Positions 1-10,324 of a DNA stretch of 64,000 bases are shown piece after piece; position 1 is the stretch's first letter; the number at the start of each line of letters is the position of its first letter. The stretch is from an uncultured Verrucomicrobiae bacterium (GTDB taxonomy: Bacteria; Verrucomicrobiota; Verrucomicrobiia; Limisphaerales; Palsa-1400), in contig CAVXRD010000002.1 in the NCBI GenBank assembly GCA_963764165.1, positions 3,296,001 to 3,360,000 of the forward strand. Reading direction: 5' to 3'. The notes under the pieces were generated by a model. That model made no database searches. It was given only the letters and a program-made list of their open reading frames with translations, and was not told where the DNA came from. Both the position numbers and the translations under genes were made by a program.

Positions 1-2
1 AT

Positions 3-809
3 TTTACTCGAGTTGGCCGGCATGTCCCGGTGCTGGCGGATTTGAAACCGAGCGGACGTTTCTTGATGTCCGAATTGGTTGCCATAGGCGGAATCCAGCC
101 ATTGATGAAAATGCTGCTCGACGCGGGCTTGCTGCACGGCGAGTGCATGACTGTCACAGGCAAAACTATGGCCGAAAATCTGGCCAACGTTCAACCGTAT
201 CCGGCTGGCCAGGAAATCGTTCACTCGCTGGATAACCCGATCAAAAAGGACAGCCATCTGGTCATCCTGCGCGGAAATCTTGCGCAGGAGGGCGCGGTGG
301 CCAAAATCACCGGCAAGGAAGGAATGCGTTTCGAGGGGATCGCCCGGGTTTACAATTCCGAGGAGCAGGCGCTCACAGCAATCCTGAATGGAACGATCAA
401 AGCGGGCGATGTGGTCGTCATTCGCTTCGAAGGCCCGAAAGGCGGCCCGGGCATGCGCGAAATGCTCGCGCCCACCAGCGCCATCATGGGCAAGGGCCTT
501 GGCAAATCAGTGGCGCTCATTACGGACGGACGGTTCTCCGGCGGAACGCATGGTTTCGTTGTCGGACACATCACGCCCGAGGCTTACACAGGCGGATTGC
601 TGGCAGTGGTGAAGAATGGCGACAAAATTATCATCGACGCCGAGAAGCGGGAATTGACCCTGGCAGTCCCCGCAGCCGAACTGAAGAAACGGCAAAAAGC
701 CTGGAAACCGGTGAAGCCCCGCTACACTAGGGGTGTGCTGGCGAAATACGCCAGCGCTGTCACTTCCGCGTCCCTCGGCGCGGTGACAGATTTGAACATC
801 GCGCCGTAA
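3..809 (+). CDS. ilvD: dihydroxy-acid dehydratase, 5' truncated by window edge
   Basis: Motifs [40 protein letters not shown]; frame is open back to position 3. Confidence 0.95.
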   Translation, partial: FTRVGRHVPVLADLKPSGRFLMSELVAIGGIQPLMKMLLDAGLLHGECMTVTGKTMAENLANVQPYPAGQEIVHSLDNPIKKDSHLVILRGNLAQEGAVAKITGKEGMRFEGIARVYNSEEQALTAILNGTIKAGDVVVIRFEGPKGGPGMREMLAPTSAIMGKGLGKSVALITDGRFSGGTHGFVVGHITPEAYTGGLLAVVKNGDKIIIDAEKRELTLAVPAAELKKRQKAWKPVKPRYTRGVLAKYASAVTSASLGAVTDLNIAP

Positions 810-1265
810 TCAGCGCCCGACGAGGTACGATTCCATCTGGTCGATGGCGGCGCTTTGGGCGGAAATGATCGAATTAACCATGTCGCCAATCGACACGAAC
901 CCGACCATGCGGCCGCTGTCCATGACGGGCAAATGGCGGACCCGATTTTCCGTCATCAAGCGCATGCCGTCCTCGACCGAATCTTCAGGCGAGATGGTTG
1001 CCACGTCCGGGGTGAGGATGTCGCGCACCTTCGTGTTTTGAGAGGTTTTCCCTTCCAGCGCCACCTTGCGGGTGTAATCGCGCTCGGAAAAGATGCCGAT
1101 CAGCCGGTCGCCATCCACGACAGGAAGGGCGCCGATGTTCTTTCGCGCCAGCAGTTCAATAGCCTCGAATACCGTGGCATGTGGAGAGATCGTCCAAATA
1201 GCCGTGCCTTTGCGGTTGAGTATCATGCCGATTGTTCCGCTCGTTGTAGTAGTCATGCTTTCCAT
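810..1265 (-). CDS. CBS domain pair protein
   Basis: IGALPVVDG..LIGIFSERDY and VRHLPVMD..MVGFVSIGD are two CBS repeats. Confidence 0.9.
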   Translation of the reverse strand: MESMTTTTSGTIGMILNRKGTAIWTISPHATVFEAIELLARKNIGALPVVDGDRLIGIFSERDYTRKVALEGKTSQNTKVRDILTPDVATISPEDSVEDGMRLMTENRVRHLPVMDSGRMVGFVSIGDMVNSIISAQSAAIDQMESYLVGR

Positions 1266-1447
1266 GGAGCATACTCGTGGGCGGAGCGTTCGCCAAGAGC
1301 ACTATCCACGATAGTTTTGTAGTCTAATCCATGACATAAGTGAATCGAGAAATAGGCCGAATATGTGGAATGGGACTCATATGCAAACCCGACGCGGACA
1401 TGCGTTTCGCCGCACAGGGGTGAAAATCGAGCAAAAGCATTGGCAGC

Positions 1448-2989
1448 GTGTCCAATTCCCATTACCCTGTAGAACACAGTTGGATGAGCAACGGTCGATT
1501 ATATAAATTTGTGCTGGCCGCCGTGGCGGTCGTGCTGCTGCTGGTTTCCTCGACGATGCAGTCGCGGATGAATGTGGCGCGGGCCGAACTCGGCCTGACG
1601 ACATTGCCCCCGCTGAAAAATGCGCCGCCGCTTCTCGCCTTCACGACGGTTGCGCTGGGCGGTTTTCGCGGTTTGATCGCCAATGCGCTGTGGCTCCGCG
1701 CAGGTGAAATGCAGGATGCGGACAAGTATTACGACATGGTCCAATTAGCCGATTGGATTACTGCCCTCGAACCCCACTTCAGCCAGGTTTGGACGTATCA
1801 AGCCTGGAACATGGCTTACAACATTTCCGTCAAATTCAAGGATCCGGAAGATCGCTGGCACTGGCTGCGGCGTGGCATCGTTCTGCTGCGCGACCGGGGC
1901 ATCCCGCTGAATCCAGACACGGCGATGATGTATCGCGAGCTCTCGTGGCTTTACCAGCACAAGATGGGACAGAACCTCGACGATGCCCACCTGACCTACA
2001 AAATGCGCTGGGCCGAGGAAATGCAAAAGATGGTGGGCGGGCGGGTGGATTACGAGGCGCTGGAACATCCCAAAACCGAGGCCGAAAAGCAGCGCGCCCG
2101 AATGCTCCGCGAGGATTACAAGCTCGATCCCGAGGTGATGAAGTTTGTGGACAAGGAATACGGGCCGTTCGATTGGCGGCTGCCCGACGCGCATGCGGTC
2201 TATTGGGCGGAACTATTTCGGCAGCATTCCAAGAAAAGCACGGACGACATGGATTTTCTGCGCCGCTCGATTTTCCAGAGCATGCGCATGGCGTGTTTCC
2301 GCGGCGCGCTTTCCCCGGCGGTGACCAACGTCACCGACCGCAATTTCATGCTCTGGCCAAATCTGGATTTGTTCCCCCGGGTCAACGCTGCCTACGAATC
2401 GATGATCAAGGAGAATCCCACCAACAATTTCCAAAACGCGCATAGGAACGATTTGAAGGAGGTCATCCCTCTGCTTTACATCAACGGCCGCATTGCGGAG
2501 GCAACGAAGTGGTTCAATTATCTGAAAGACACCTACACCAACGCCTTCGTCGGAAGGCAGGCAAATTTGACGCTGAAGGATTTTGTGCTCGGCACGGTGG
2601 CTACGGACAATGAGGAAACCGACCAGAATCGCGTCATCGGCAACCTTCGCGGTTTGTTTGTGATGGAATGCCAATGCTTGATCCGCGATAACGACGATGA
2701 CGCGGTGAATTATCGCAATCTGGCCAAGGATGTCTACGAGCATTACTTCAAGAAAATTGGCGCTGTCTCCGTGAACCGCCTTACCTTGCCCTCGCTGGAC
2801 GAGATTCAACGCGGGACATTGATCGAATTGCTCGATCCGCAAAACAGCCCGCTTGATCCACTGGCCCAAAAATTACTTATGACAAAGCTTGGTTTAAAGG
2901 AGCGGCCCTTGCCGGATCCCAAATTGAACGCGCCGAGTTCGACCGCTCCACCGCCGCGAACCAAACAGGGCGCGACCACGCCGCAGTAA
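1448..2989 (+). CDS. membrane-anchored hypothetical protein of a PVC-type family (helical/TPR-like)
   Basis: 513-aa ORF with an N-terminal hydrophobic helix and block LGGFRGLIANALWLRA...WITALEPHF..VW..QAWNMAYNISV that I recall from Planctomycete/Verrucomicrobia proteins; function unknown. Confidence 0.7.
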   Translation: MSNSHYPVEHSWMSNGRLYKFVLAAVAVVLLLVSSTMQSRMNVARAELGLTTLPPLKNAPPLLAFTTVALGGFRGLIANALWLRAGEMQDADKYYDMVQLADWITALEPHFSQVWTYQAWNMAYNISVKFKDPEDRWHWLRRGIVLLRDRGIPLNPDTAMMYRELSWLYQHKMGQNLDDAHLTYKMRWAEEMQKMVGGRVDYEALEHPKTEAEKQRARMLREDYKLDPEVMKFVDKEYGPFDWRLPDAHAVYWAELFRQHSKKSTDDMDFLRRSIFQSMRMACFRGALSPAVTNVTDRNFMLWPNLDLFPRVNAAYESMIKENPTNNFQNAHRNDLKEVIPLLYINGRIAEATKWFNYLKDTYTNAFVGRQANLTLKDFVLGTVATDNEETDQNRVIGNLRGLFVMECQCLIRDNDDDAVNYRNLAKDVYEHYFKKIGAVSVNRLTLPSLDEIQRGTLIELLDPQNSPLDPLAQKLLMTKLGLKERPLPDPKLNAPSSTAPPPRTKQGATTPQ

Positions 2990-2996
2990 TAATTAG

Positions 2997-3413
2997 TCAA
3001 CTCGACCGGAACGAAATGCGTTTCACCGTGTTGCGGCCGAAGCAGTTTTGCAATTGCTCCAGAATTTCGCGCCGGCGATAGCGCACAATCTCATCCAGCC
3101 AGACGTTGCTGTCCACCGTGACGAAGAGCGTGCCGTTATGCAAGCCGGTGGGCTGCGCGTGGGCGGTGATGGTGGGATCGATTTGGTGTTTCCAGACTTT
3201 GACGATTTCCGCCTCCGCCTGGCGCTGCTCCAGGCGCAAGCCCGCCAGCACCTTCGGCATCACGTCCCGCGCGGATTTTGCCGACGGGCGCCGCGCCTTT
3301 TCATCCGCCGACGAATCCCAGCCCCGCCACATCGCCAGCACGCGCTCGCGCGCTGAAGTTGGCGGCGGAGCGGAGCGGGCGTTGCGAAAGCGATTTGGGA
3401 ACGGGCGTTCCAT
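2997..3413 (-). CDS. DUF721/DciA family protein
   Basis: IVKVW..IDPTITAHAQP..LHNGTLFVTVDSNVW...ILEQL...VKRISFR pattern. Confidence 0.8.
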   Translation of the reverse strand: MERPFPNRFRNARSAPPPTSARERVLAMWRGWDSSADEKARRPSAKSARDVMPKVLAGLRLEQRQAEAEIVKVWKHQIDPTITAHAQPTGLHNGTLFVTVDSNVWLDEIVRYRRREILEQLQNCFGRNTVKRISFRSS

Positions 3414-3587
3414 GCCACTACGTTAACCGCGCGCCCCAAAGTTTCCAAGCATGACTTCAACAAATGCCTGGAGAAGGCGCGCAGGGCGAGGCTCCTGCCG
3501 CACTCCGGTTCAGGCCAAATTTCGCCCATAGTTCTGCAATAAAGGTGGAGTCCCGTGCTGCCGCAACTCCGATAGTCATGGTGTTGC

Positions 3588-6089
3588 GTGAGTAACACTA
3601 TTCGATCGACCGAAATTGCCCGCGGCGAGGATTGCGCGAAAGCAATCGAAGCCGGCCCCGCATGCTTTCATTGCGGCGAACTGTGCCGGGATGGCGTTCA
3701 TCGGTCGCACGACAAGAATTTCTGCTGCGGCGGATGCCAGACGGTCTTCGAGCTTTTGACTGAGAACGGGCTGGACCAGTTTTACAGTTTCGAAGCGGCG
3801 GCGGGCGTCAAGGTCCGCGCCTCCGGCGAACGCAGGGCGTTCGATTATCTTGATGATCCGGCGCTTCAGCGGCGCCTGGTGGATTTCTCCAACGACTGCG
3901 TGACGCGGGCCACCTTTCGCGTCCCGGCCATGCACTGCATCGCGTGCGTCTGGCTGCTGGAAAATCTCTTCCGCCTGAATCCCGGCATCGGCTATTCGCG
4001 CGCGAATTTTCCGCGCAAGGAAGTGTTTGTTTCATTTGACAATGCAAAAACAAAATTGAGCCAGGTCGTGGCGCTGCTGGCTTCCCTGGGATATCCGCCG
4101 GAATTCAATTTCTCCGACACGGATCAACAACCCCGCCCAAGCACCTCCCGCCGGTTGTGGCTCCAAATGGGTGTGGCGGGATTCGCCTTCGGCAACATCA
4201 TGCTGATGAGCATCGCGTCGTATCTAGGGCTGGATGCGTTTGCGGGTCCGGCGCTCAAAAAAATGTTCGGCTGGACAAGCTTGATCCTGGCTGCCCCGGC
4301 GCTGGTCTACAGCGGGGCGGATTATTGGAGGGCCGCAATGCTTGCCTGGCGCAGGAAGATTTTCACCATTGAAGTTCCCATCGCGGCGGGATTGGTGGCG
4401 CTGGCCGGTTGGAGCGCGAGCGAGGTGTTTACCGGACGCGGGCCGGGTTATTTTGATTCGTTGTCCGGACTGCTTTTCTTCCTGCTGTGCGGGCGGATGT
4501 TCCAGCAAAAGACCTTCGACCTTCTGGCCTTCGACCGCGATTACAAGTCATTTTTCCCGCTTTCCATTTTGCGAGTCAACGGCGGCCGTGAGGATTGGAT
4601 TTCGCTCTCGCATTTGAAAGTTGGCGATCAACTGCTCATCCGCAACGGCGAACTTATTCCAGCCGACGCCAAGCTGATCTCCGGCGCGGGAATGATTGAT
4701 TACAGCTTTGTCACCGGCGAAGCCGTGCCGGTGGAAAAACATGGGGGCGACCACATTTACGCGGGCGGACGCCAAATGGGCGGCACCATCACCATCGAAA
4801 CGGCGAAGGATGTTTCACAGAGCTATTTAACCTCGCTTTGGAATCAGGACGCGCTCGGCAAGGAGAAGAAGACTTCGCTTGACACGTTGACGAACCGTTA
4901 CAGCCAGCGGTTTACCAAGATCGTGCTGGCGGTGGCCATCGGGGCCGGGCTTTTTTGGTGGTGGAGCGATTCCTCGAAGGCGCTCGGCGCGTTCGTCTCT
5001 GTCCTGATTGTCGCCTGCCCCTGCGCTCTGGCTCTTGCCGCGCCGTTTGCGCTCGGGACGGCCCAGCGCGTGCTCGGACGCCGCAACGTTTATTTGAAGA
5101 ATTCGAGCGTGATCGAAACGCTGGCGAAAGTTGAAACTGTTGTATTTGACAAGACCGGCACGCTGACGGCGCAAGGCGCGGGCGCGGTGGCGTTCTGGGG
5201 CGATCCGCTGCGGGCGGCTGAGAGAGCATGGATTCATGCCGTGGCGCGGCATTCGACTCATCCGCACGCGGTCAGCGTAACGGCATTCACGGCGACAAAT
5301 TACGTGGTGGATGAAGCCCGGTCCTTTGCGGAAACGGCCGGCTGCGGAATGGAAGGGATCGTCGCCGGGCGCGAAATCTGGATTGGGTCGGCCACCTGGC
5401 TGAAATCGCGCAAGGTCGAGTTCAGAATGCCGCCCAAAGGCGGCGGCGCCGTCGTTGTCGCGATAGATGGAATTTATCGCGGCTGTTTCACGCTGGCCAG
5501 CGCCATCCGGGCGGATGTTGCCGAGGCCATCCGCCAGCTTGATCCGGATCACGAATTGGCCCTGCTCAGCGGCGACAACGAACGCGAGCGCGAGCAGTTC
5601 GCCGAAATTTTTGACCGCGCCAGCGAAATGCGCTTCAACCAAAGCCCGCTGGACAAACTCGAATTTGTGCGCCGGCAAAAAAAAATGGGCCGCAACGTCA
5701 TGATGGTCGGCGACGGCCTCAACGACGCCGGGGCGCTGAAGCAGAGCGACGTTGGAATCGCGGTGGTGGAGAACATGGGCGCGTTTTCACCGGCCAGCGA
5801 CATCATTATGTCTGCCCGCATGGTGCCGCGGCTGCACGAGATTTTGCGGTTCGCCAAATCGTCGGTGCGCATCGTTCAAATCAGCCTGTTGATTTCCACT
5901 CTTTACAACGTGGTTGGCCTGGCCATCGCGGCGCGCGGGATGCTGTCGCCGGTGATTTGCGCGATCTTGATGCCGGTGAGTTCCGTGACGGTGGTGGCTT
6001 TTGCCTGCGGCATGACGGCGCGATTGGGCAAGCGGATTGGGAATGCGGCGAACGAGATGCAGGCGAATGAGGAGGAAGCGGCGGCATGA
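3588..6089 (+). CDS. ccoI: P1B-type heavy-metal ATPase, cbb3 assembly (CcoI/FixI)
   Basis: CFHCG/FCCGGC N-terminus, MHCIAC, TGE, ACPCAL, DKTGT, GDGLND; first gene of the cco cluster. Confidence 0.92.
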   Translation: MSNTIRSTEIARGEDCAKAIEAGPACFHCGELCRDGVHRSHDKNFCCGGCQTVFELLTENGLDQFYSFEAAAGVKVRASGERRAFDYLDDPALQRRLVDFSNDCVTRATFRVPAMHCIACVWLLENLFRLNPGIGYSRANFPRKEVFVSFDNAKTKLSQVVALLASLGYPPEFNFSDTDQQPRPSTSRRLWLQMGVAGFAFGNIMLMSIASYLGLDAFAGPALKKMFGWTSLILAAPALVYSGADYWRAAMLAWRRKIFTIEVPIAAGLVALAGWSASEVFTGRGPGYFDSLSGLLFFLLCGRMFQQKTFDLLAFDRDYKSFFPLSILRVNGGREDWISLSHLKVGDQLLIRNGELIPADAKLISGAGMIDYSFVTGEAVPVEKHGGDHIYAGGRQMGGTITIETAKDVSQSYLTSLWNQDALGKEKKTSLDTLTNRYSQRFTKIVLAVAIGAGLFWWWSDSSKALGAFVSVLIVACPCALALAAPFALGTAQRVLGRRNVYLKNSSVIETLAKVETVVFDKTGTLTAQGAGAVAFWGDPLRAAERAWIHAVARHSTHPHAVSVTAFTATNYVVDEARSFAETAGCGMEGIVAGREIWIGSATWLKSRKVEFRMPPKGGGAVVVAIDGIYRGCFTLASAIRADVAEAIRQLDPDHELALLSGDNEREREQFAEIFDRASEMRFNQSPLDKLEFVRRQKKMGRNVMMVGDGLNDAGALKQSDVGIAVVENMGAFSPASDIIMSARMVPRLHEILRFAKSSVRIVQISLLISTLYNVVGLAIAARGMLSPVICAILMPVSSVTVVAFACGMTARLGKRIGNAANEMQANEEEAAA

Positions 6090-6313
6090 TCGTTCTGTTT
6101 CTTTTGATTCCGCTGAGCGTGCTGATTGCGGGAGTTTTTCTTGGCGTATTTATTTGGGCGGTGCGCTCAGGCCAATTTGAAGACACCTGTACGCCTGCCC
6201 TTCGGGTTCTGTCGGAGGATCGATCCCTGCCCATCGGCAAACCCGCATCCGGGCAAAACGCAAATTTTACGAAACCTATGGCAAAGGATGCAAAGCGATC
6301 AAAAACAAGCTGA
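6086..6313 (+). CDS. ccoS: cbb3 oxidase maturation protein CcoS/FixS
   Basis: LIPLSVLIAGVFLGVFIWAVRSGQFED..TPALRVL signature; ATGA overlap with ccoI. Confidence 0.9.
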   Translation: MIVLFLLIPLSVLIAGVFLGVFIWAVRSGQFEDTCTPALRVLSEDRSLPIGKPASGQNANFTKPMAKDAKRSKTS

Positions 6314-6331
6314 GGCATTTAAATACCAATT

Positions 6332-7267
6332 ATGAAATACACACATACCCCCAGTATGAGTCTTATAACTGACAACAAATTGGCATGGACAGTCGCGCTG
6401 GCCTCCATGTTCGCCGTGCAGGCGGTTCGCGCCCAAGCGGCTGACGCGGATTGGAAAGACAAGACGATCTCGCCCGTGGCCAATCCCATGTACTTCGAGG
6501 ATCCGCAGATCAACAGCGAAATCCGCCCGATCTACATGGATCAAATTCTGCCAACCTCGTTTCACGCCAAGGGCGGCACGCTTCCCCTGGGCGGCGATAT
6601 CCAGGTGATCGCGGCGGAACTGCGCTACAAGCTGACCGACAGGCTGGCTTTGATTGCCTCCAGGGACGGTTACATTGAGTTCCAGCCCGACCATTCGGTT
6701 TCCCACGCTTACGGCTGGGGCGATGTCGGTCTCGGAGCCAAATACGCGCTGATTGACGACAAGAAGGACAGCTTCATCTTGACGGCCGGGTTTACCATTG
6801 AATTGCCGACCGGCAACCAGAATGTCTTCCAGGGACGCGGCGACGGATTATGGAATCTGTTCACCTCGGCGGAGAAAGGCTGGGGCGATCTTCACCTGAC
6901 CGGCAACGTCGGCTTCCTGATTCCTGATGACTTCAGCGAACAGACCGCGCAAGCCCATTACAGCGCGCAATTGGACTATCACGTTTGCCAATGCTTCATC
7001 CCGTTTGTTGTGGCCAACGGCTACACCGTTTTGACGGATGCCGACCACAATTATCTCTCGGGTGTTCCGCTCACCACTGAGCTCAACGACTTGAGCGACC
7101 TGGGCGGCACTGCCGGATCCGGCCGCACGCAAGTCATGGTTGGCGGCGGTTTCCGCAGCCGTTTGTTGAAGTCCGTTGATATTGGCGTCGCCTACGAGTA
7201 TGGCGCGACCAATCCGCAGGGCATTTTCGGCGAAAGAATCACGACCGACGTGATCTGGCGCTTCTAA
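6332..7267 (+). CDS. putative outer-membrane beta-barrel protein
   Basis: Signal peptide, GWGDVGLGAKY and ELPTG motifs, alternating beta-strand pattern, C-terminal aromatic residue (VIWRF). Confidence 0.65.
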   Translation: MKYTHTPSMSLITDNKLAWTVALASMFAVQAVRAQAADADWKDKTISPVANPMYFEDPQINSEIRPIYMDQILPTSFHAKGGTLPLGGDIQVIAAELRYKLTDRLALIASRDGYIEFQPDHSVSHAYGWGDVGLGAKYALIDDKKDSFILTAGFTIELPTGNQNVFQGRGDGLWNLFTSAEKGWGDLHLTGNVGFLIPDDFSEQTAQAHYSAQLDYHVCQCFIPFVVANGYTVLTDADHNYLSGVPLTTELNDLSDLGGTAGSGRTQVMVGGGFRSRLLKSVDIGVAYEYGATNPQGIFGERITTDVIWRF

Positions 7268-7309
7268 TCCAACTGCGCACGTGACCACTCCAATTCCCAA
7301 ACTCATCCA

Positions 7310-9526
7310 ATGAACGCAGCCAGCCCAACCCTAGAACCCGATCTCGGCCAGAGCCGCGGCGACGTGGAGACGTTTCGCTATGATAACACCATTGTAAGGG
7401 CATTCGCAATATGCACCGTTATTTGGGGCATTGTCGGAATGACGGCTGGATTGCTCTGCGCCGTCCAGCTTTTTTTCCCAAACGCGAATCTGAACCTGCC
7501 GTTCGTGACCTTTGGCCGGCTGCGGCCCGTCCACACGAACGCGGTGATCTTCGCGTTTGTGGGCAACGGCATGTTCATGGGCATCTACTATTCACTGCAG
7601 CGCCTGTGCAAGGCGCGGATGTTCAGTGACAAGTTGAGCTGGTTGCATTTCTGGGGGTGGAATGCCATCATTGTGGCGGCGGCCATCACGCTGCCGCTCG
7701 GCTTCACCACCAGCAAGGAATACGCGGAATTGGAGTGGCCCATCAAAATCGCCATCGCAGTGGTCTGGGTGGCGTTCACCATCAACTTGCTTGGCACGAT
7801 CATCAAGCGCCGTGAAAAACATCTTTATGTCGCGATCTGGTTTTACATCGCCACGGCCTTGACGGTCGCCGTCCTGCACATTGTCAACGGGCTGGAAGTT
7901 CCCGTCACGATGTGGAAGGGCTATTCGATTTACGCCGGCGTGCAAGACGCGCTGGTGCAATGGTGGTACGGCCATAACGCGGTGGCCTTCTTCTTGACAA
8001 CGCCCTACCTCGGCATGATGTATTACTATCTGCCGAAGGCGGCCAATCGCCCGATTTTTTCCTATCGCCTTTCGATCATTCACTTTTGGGCGCTGATTTT
8101 CATCTACATCTGGGCGGGGCCGCACCATTTGCTTTACACCGCGCTGCCGGATTGGGCGCAATCGCTTGGCATGGTGTTTTCGATCATGCTGATCGCGCCG
8201 TCCTGGGGCGGCATGTTGAACGGCTTGCTGACCCTGCGCGGCGCGTGGGACAAGGTTCGCCAGGATCCCGTTTTGAAATTCATGGTGGCGGCGGTGACGG
8301 CTTACGGCATGGCGACTCTGGAAGGCCCGGCGCTGGCGATCAAGACCGTCAATTCGCTTTCGCACTATACGGATTGGACGATTGCCCACGTTCACACCGG
8401 CGCCCTTGGCTGGAACGGCATGCTGACGTTCAGCGTTTTGTATTGGCTCTACCCGCGCATGTACAACACGAAACTTTGGTCGGCGAAATTGGCCAATTAC
8501 CACTTCTGGCTCGCGCTGGTCGGCATGATGTTCTACGTGGTGCCAATGTATATCGCCGGCATCACCGAGGGCATGATGTGGAAGCAATTCACCAAGGAAG
8601 GTTTCCTGCAATATCCGAATTTCCTCGAAACCGTGCAGCAAGTCCTGCCGTTCTACCGCATGCGTTCGGTGGGCGGAACGCTGTATATCCTTGGCGTCTG
8701 GCTGATGGCATATAATTTGTGGAAGACGGCGCGCGCCGGAAAATTCGCGCCGGAGGAGGAAGTGCAGGCGGTTTCGTTTCGCACTCAGTTGGCGCAGCAT
8801 GCTGAGCCGGCGTTCACCCACCGCTGGCTCGAATCCAAGCCGATGCTCCTCACCGTTTGCGCGCTGGTGGCGGTGCTCATCGGCGGCATGATCGAAATTA
8901 TCCCGATGATCGTGGTGAAGGAAAACGTTCCGACGATCTCAAGCGTCAAACCATACTCGCCGCTGGAGTTGCTCGGCCGTGACATTTACATTCGCGAGGG
9001 CTGCCTGGCCTGCCATTCGCAAATGGTGCGTCCGTTCCGCTCGGAAACGGAACGCTATGGTGAATACTCGAAGGCCGGCGAATTCGTTTACGATCATCCG
9101 TTCCTCTGGGGTTCGAAACGCATCGGGCCGGATTTGCATCGCGTCGGCGGCAAGTATCCGAACGCCTGGCATTACAATCACATGGATGATCCGCGCTCCG
9201 TTTCGCCGGGTTCGATCATGCCTCGTTATCCATGGCTGCTTTCGCAGGAATTAGACACGACATCCCTGTCGGCTCGCATCAGCGCGTTGCGCCGCGTCGG
9301 CGTGCCTTATCCCGCCGGCTATGAAAATACGGCGCTTGGCGACTTGAACAAACAGGCCGACAAAGTGGTGGCCGATCTCAAGAGCGGCCAGGTCACAGCC
9401 AAGCCGGATCGCGAAATCATCGCGGTGATCGCCTACCTGCAGCGCCTCGGCACGGACATCAAAGCGGCTCCGAAACAAACCGCCAGCGCGAGCGCCGCCA
9501 CAACTCCGCTGCGCGCGGGCAATTGA
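7310..9526 (+). CDS. ccoN: cbb3-type cytochrome c oxidase, fused subunits I and II (CcoN-CcoO)
   Basis: GRLRPVHTN, WWYGHN, WAGPHH, HVH in the N part; REGCLACHSQMVRP and WGSKRIGPDL in the O part; one 738-aa ORF. Confidence 0.97.
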   Translation: MNAASPTLEPDLGQSRGDVETFRYDNTIVRAFAICTVIWGIVGMTAGLLCAVQLFFPNANLNLPFVTFGRLRPVHTNAVIFAFVGNGMFMGIYYSLQRLCKARMFSDKLSWLHFWGWNAIIVAAAITLPLGFTTSKEYAELEWPIKIAIAVVWVAFTINLLGTIIKRREKHLYVAIWFYIATALTVAVLHIVNGLEVPVTMWKGYSIYAGVQDALVQWWYGHNAVAFFLTTPYLGMMYYYLPKAANRPIFSYRLSIIHFWALIFIYIWAGPHHLLYTALPDWAQSLGMVFSIMLIAPSWGGMLNGLLTLRGAWDKVRQDPVLKFMVAAVTAYGMATLEGPALAIKTVNSLSHYTDWTIAHVHTGALGWNGMLTFSVLYWLYPRMYNTKLWSAKLANYHFWLALVGMMFYVVPMYIAGITEGMMWKQFTKEGFLQYPNFLETVQQVLPFYRMRSVGGTLYILGVWLMAYNLWKTARAGKFAPEEEVQAVSFRTQLAQHAEPAFTHRWLESKPMLLTVCALVAVLIGGMIEIIPMIVVKENVPTISSVKPYSPLELLGRDIYIREGCLACHSQMVRPFRSETERYGEYSKAGEFVYDHPFLWGSKRIGPDLHRVGGKYPNAWHYNHMDDPRSVSPGSIMPRYPWLLSQELDTTSLSARISALRRVGVPYPAGYENTALGDLNKQADKVVADLKSGQVTAKPDREIIAVIAYLQRLGTDIKAAPKQTASASAATTPLRAGN

Positions 9527-9533
9527 GGGGTTT

Positions 9534-9734
9534 ATGATGCAACTAATCGAGAAAATGGGCGGCATCCGGACCTTTGGCATTCTTTCGATCTGCCTTTTCG
9601 TCACGGTTTTCACCGCGGCCATGGCGCTCGCGTTTTGTGTCAAGAAACAGTTCCTGAGCCAGATGAGCGCGCTGCCTTTGGAGGATGAAGAGCGCGAGCG
9701 CCGGGACAACCCATCCAATAAATCCGAGTTATGA
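9534..9734 (+). CDS. ccoQ: CcoQ-like small membrane subunit
   Basis: 66 aa, one TM helix, MSALPLED motif, located between ccoNO and ccoP. Confidence 0.7.
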   Translation: MMQLIEKMGGIRTFGILSICLFVTVFTAAMALAFCVKKQFLSQMSALPLEDEERERRDNPSNKSEL

Positions 9735-10324
9735 AAGAACCGTACGATCCATTCAAAGATCCCCTGTTGATGGACCACGAAGCCGACGGCATTCGCGAGT
9801 TGGACAATAATTTGCCGCGCTGGTGGGTCTGGCTGTTCAACCTCTGCATTCTCTTTGCCATTGGTTACCTGCTCTACTACCACGTTTTCCATGCGGGCAA
9901 TCTGCAGGCGGCCCAATATGCCGAGGAGAGCAAGATTGGCGATGCAGTCAAACAAAAGGCGCTGAAGGAGTTTGAGGATTCGCTTCCAAACCTCGTGCCC
10001 TCCAAGGAAACCGCGATTATCGAGCACGGCCACGGCATCTTCCTGAAGAATTGCGCCCCGTGCCACCGCCCGGACGGCGGCGGACTGGTTGGCCCCAACC
10101 TTTGCGACGATTACTGGATTCACGGCTCCAATTTTGTTGACAACCTTCACACCATCGTCAACGGCGTTCCCGCCAAGGGGATGCTGACCTGGCGCGGCGT
10201 GCTCAAGCCCAATGAAATTTATTCGGTGGCCAGCTATATTTACACGCTGCGCGGCACGCATCCGATCAATCCAAAACCGCCGGAAAATCAAAATCAGCCT
10301 GCCGCGCCGAACGCGTTCGAGTGA
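9731..10324 (+). CDS. ccoP: cbb3 subunit III, short monoheme form
   Basis: HEADGIRELDNNLPRWW N-terminus, single CAPCH, GPNLCDDYWIHG. Confidence 0.92.
   Translation: MKEPYDPFKDPLLMDHEADGIRELDNNLPRWWVWLFNLCILFAIGYLLYYHVFHAGNLQAAQYAEESKIGDAVKQKALKEFEDSLPNLVPSKETAIIEHGHGIFLKNCAPCHRPDGGGLVGPNLCDDYWIHGSNFVDNLHTIVNGVPAKGMLTWRGVLKPNEIYSVASYIYTLRGTHPINPKPPENQNQPAAPNAFE

Noticed and set aside
3414..3587. FNR box upstream of the cco operon
   Set aside because: No convincing TTGAT-N4-ATCAA match.
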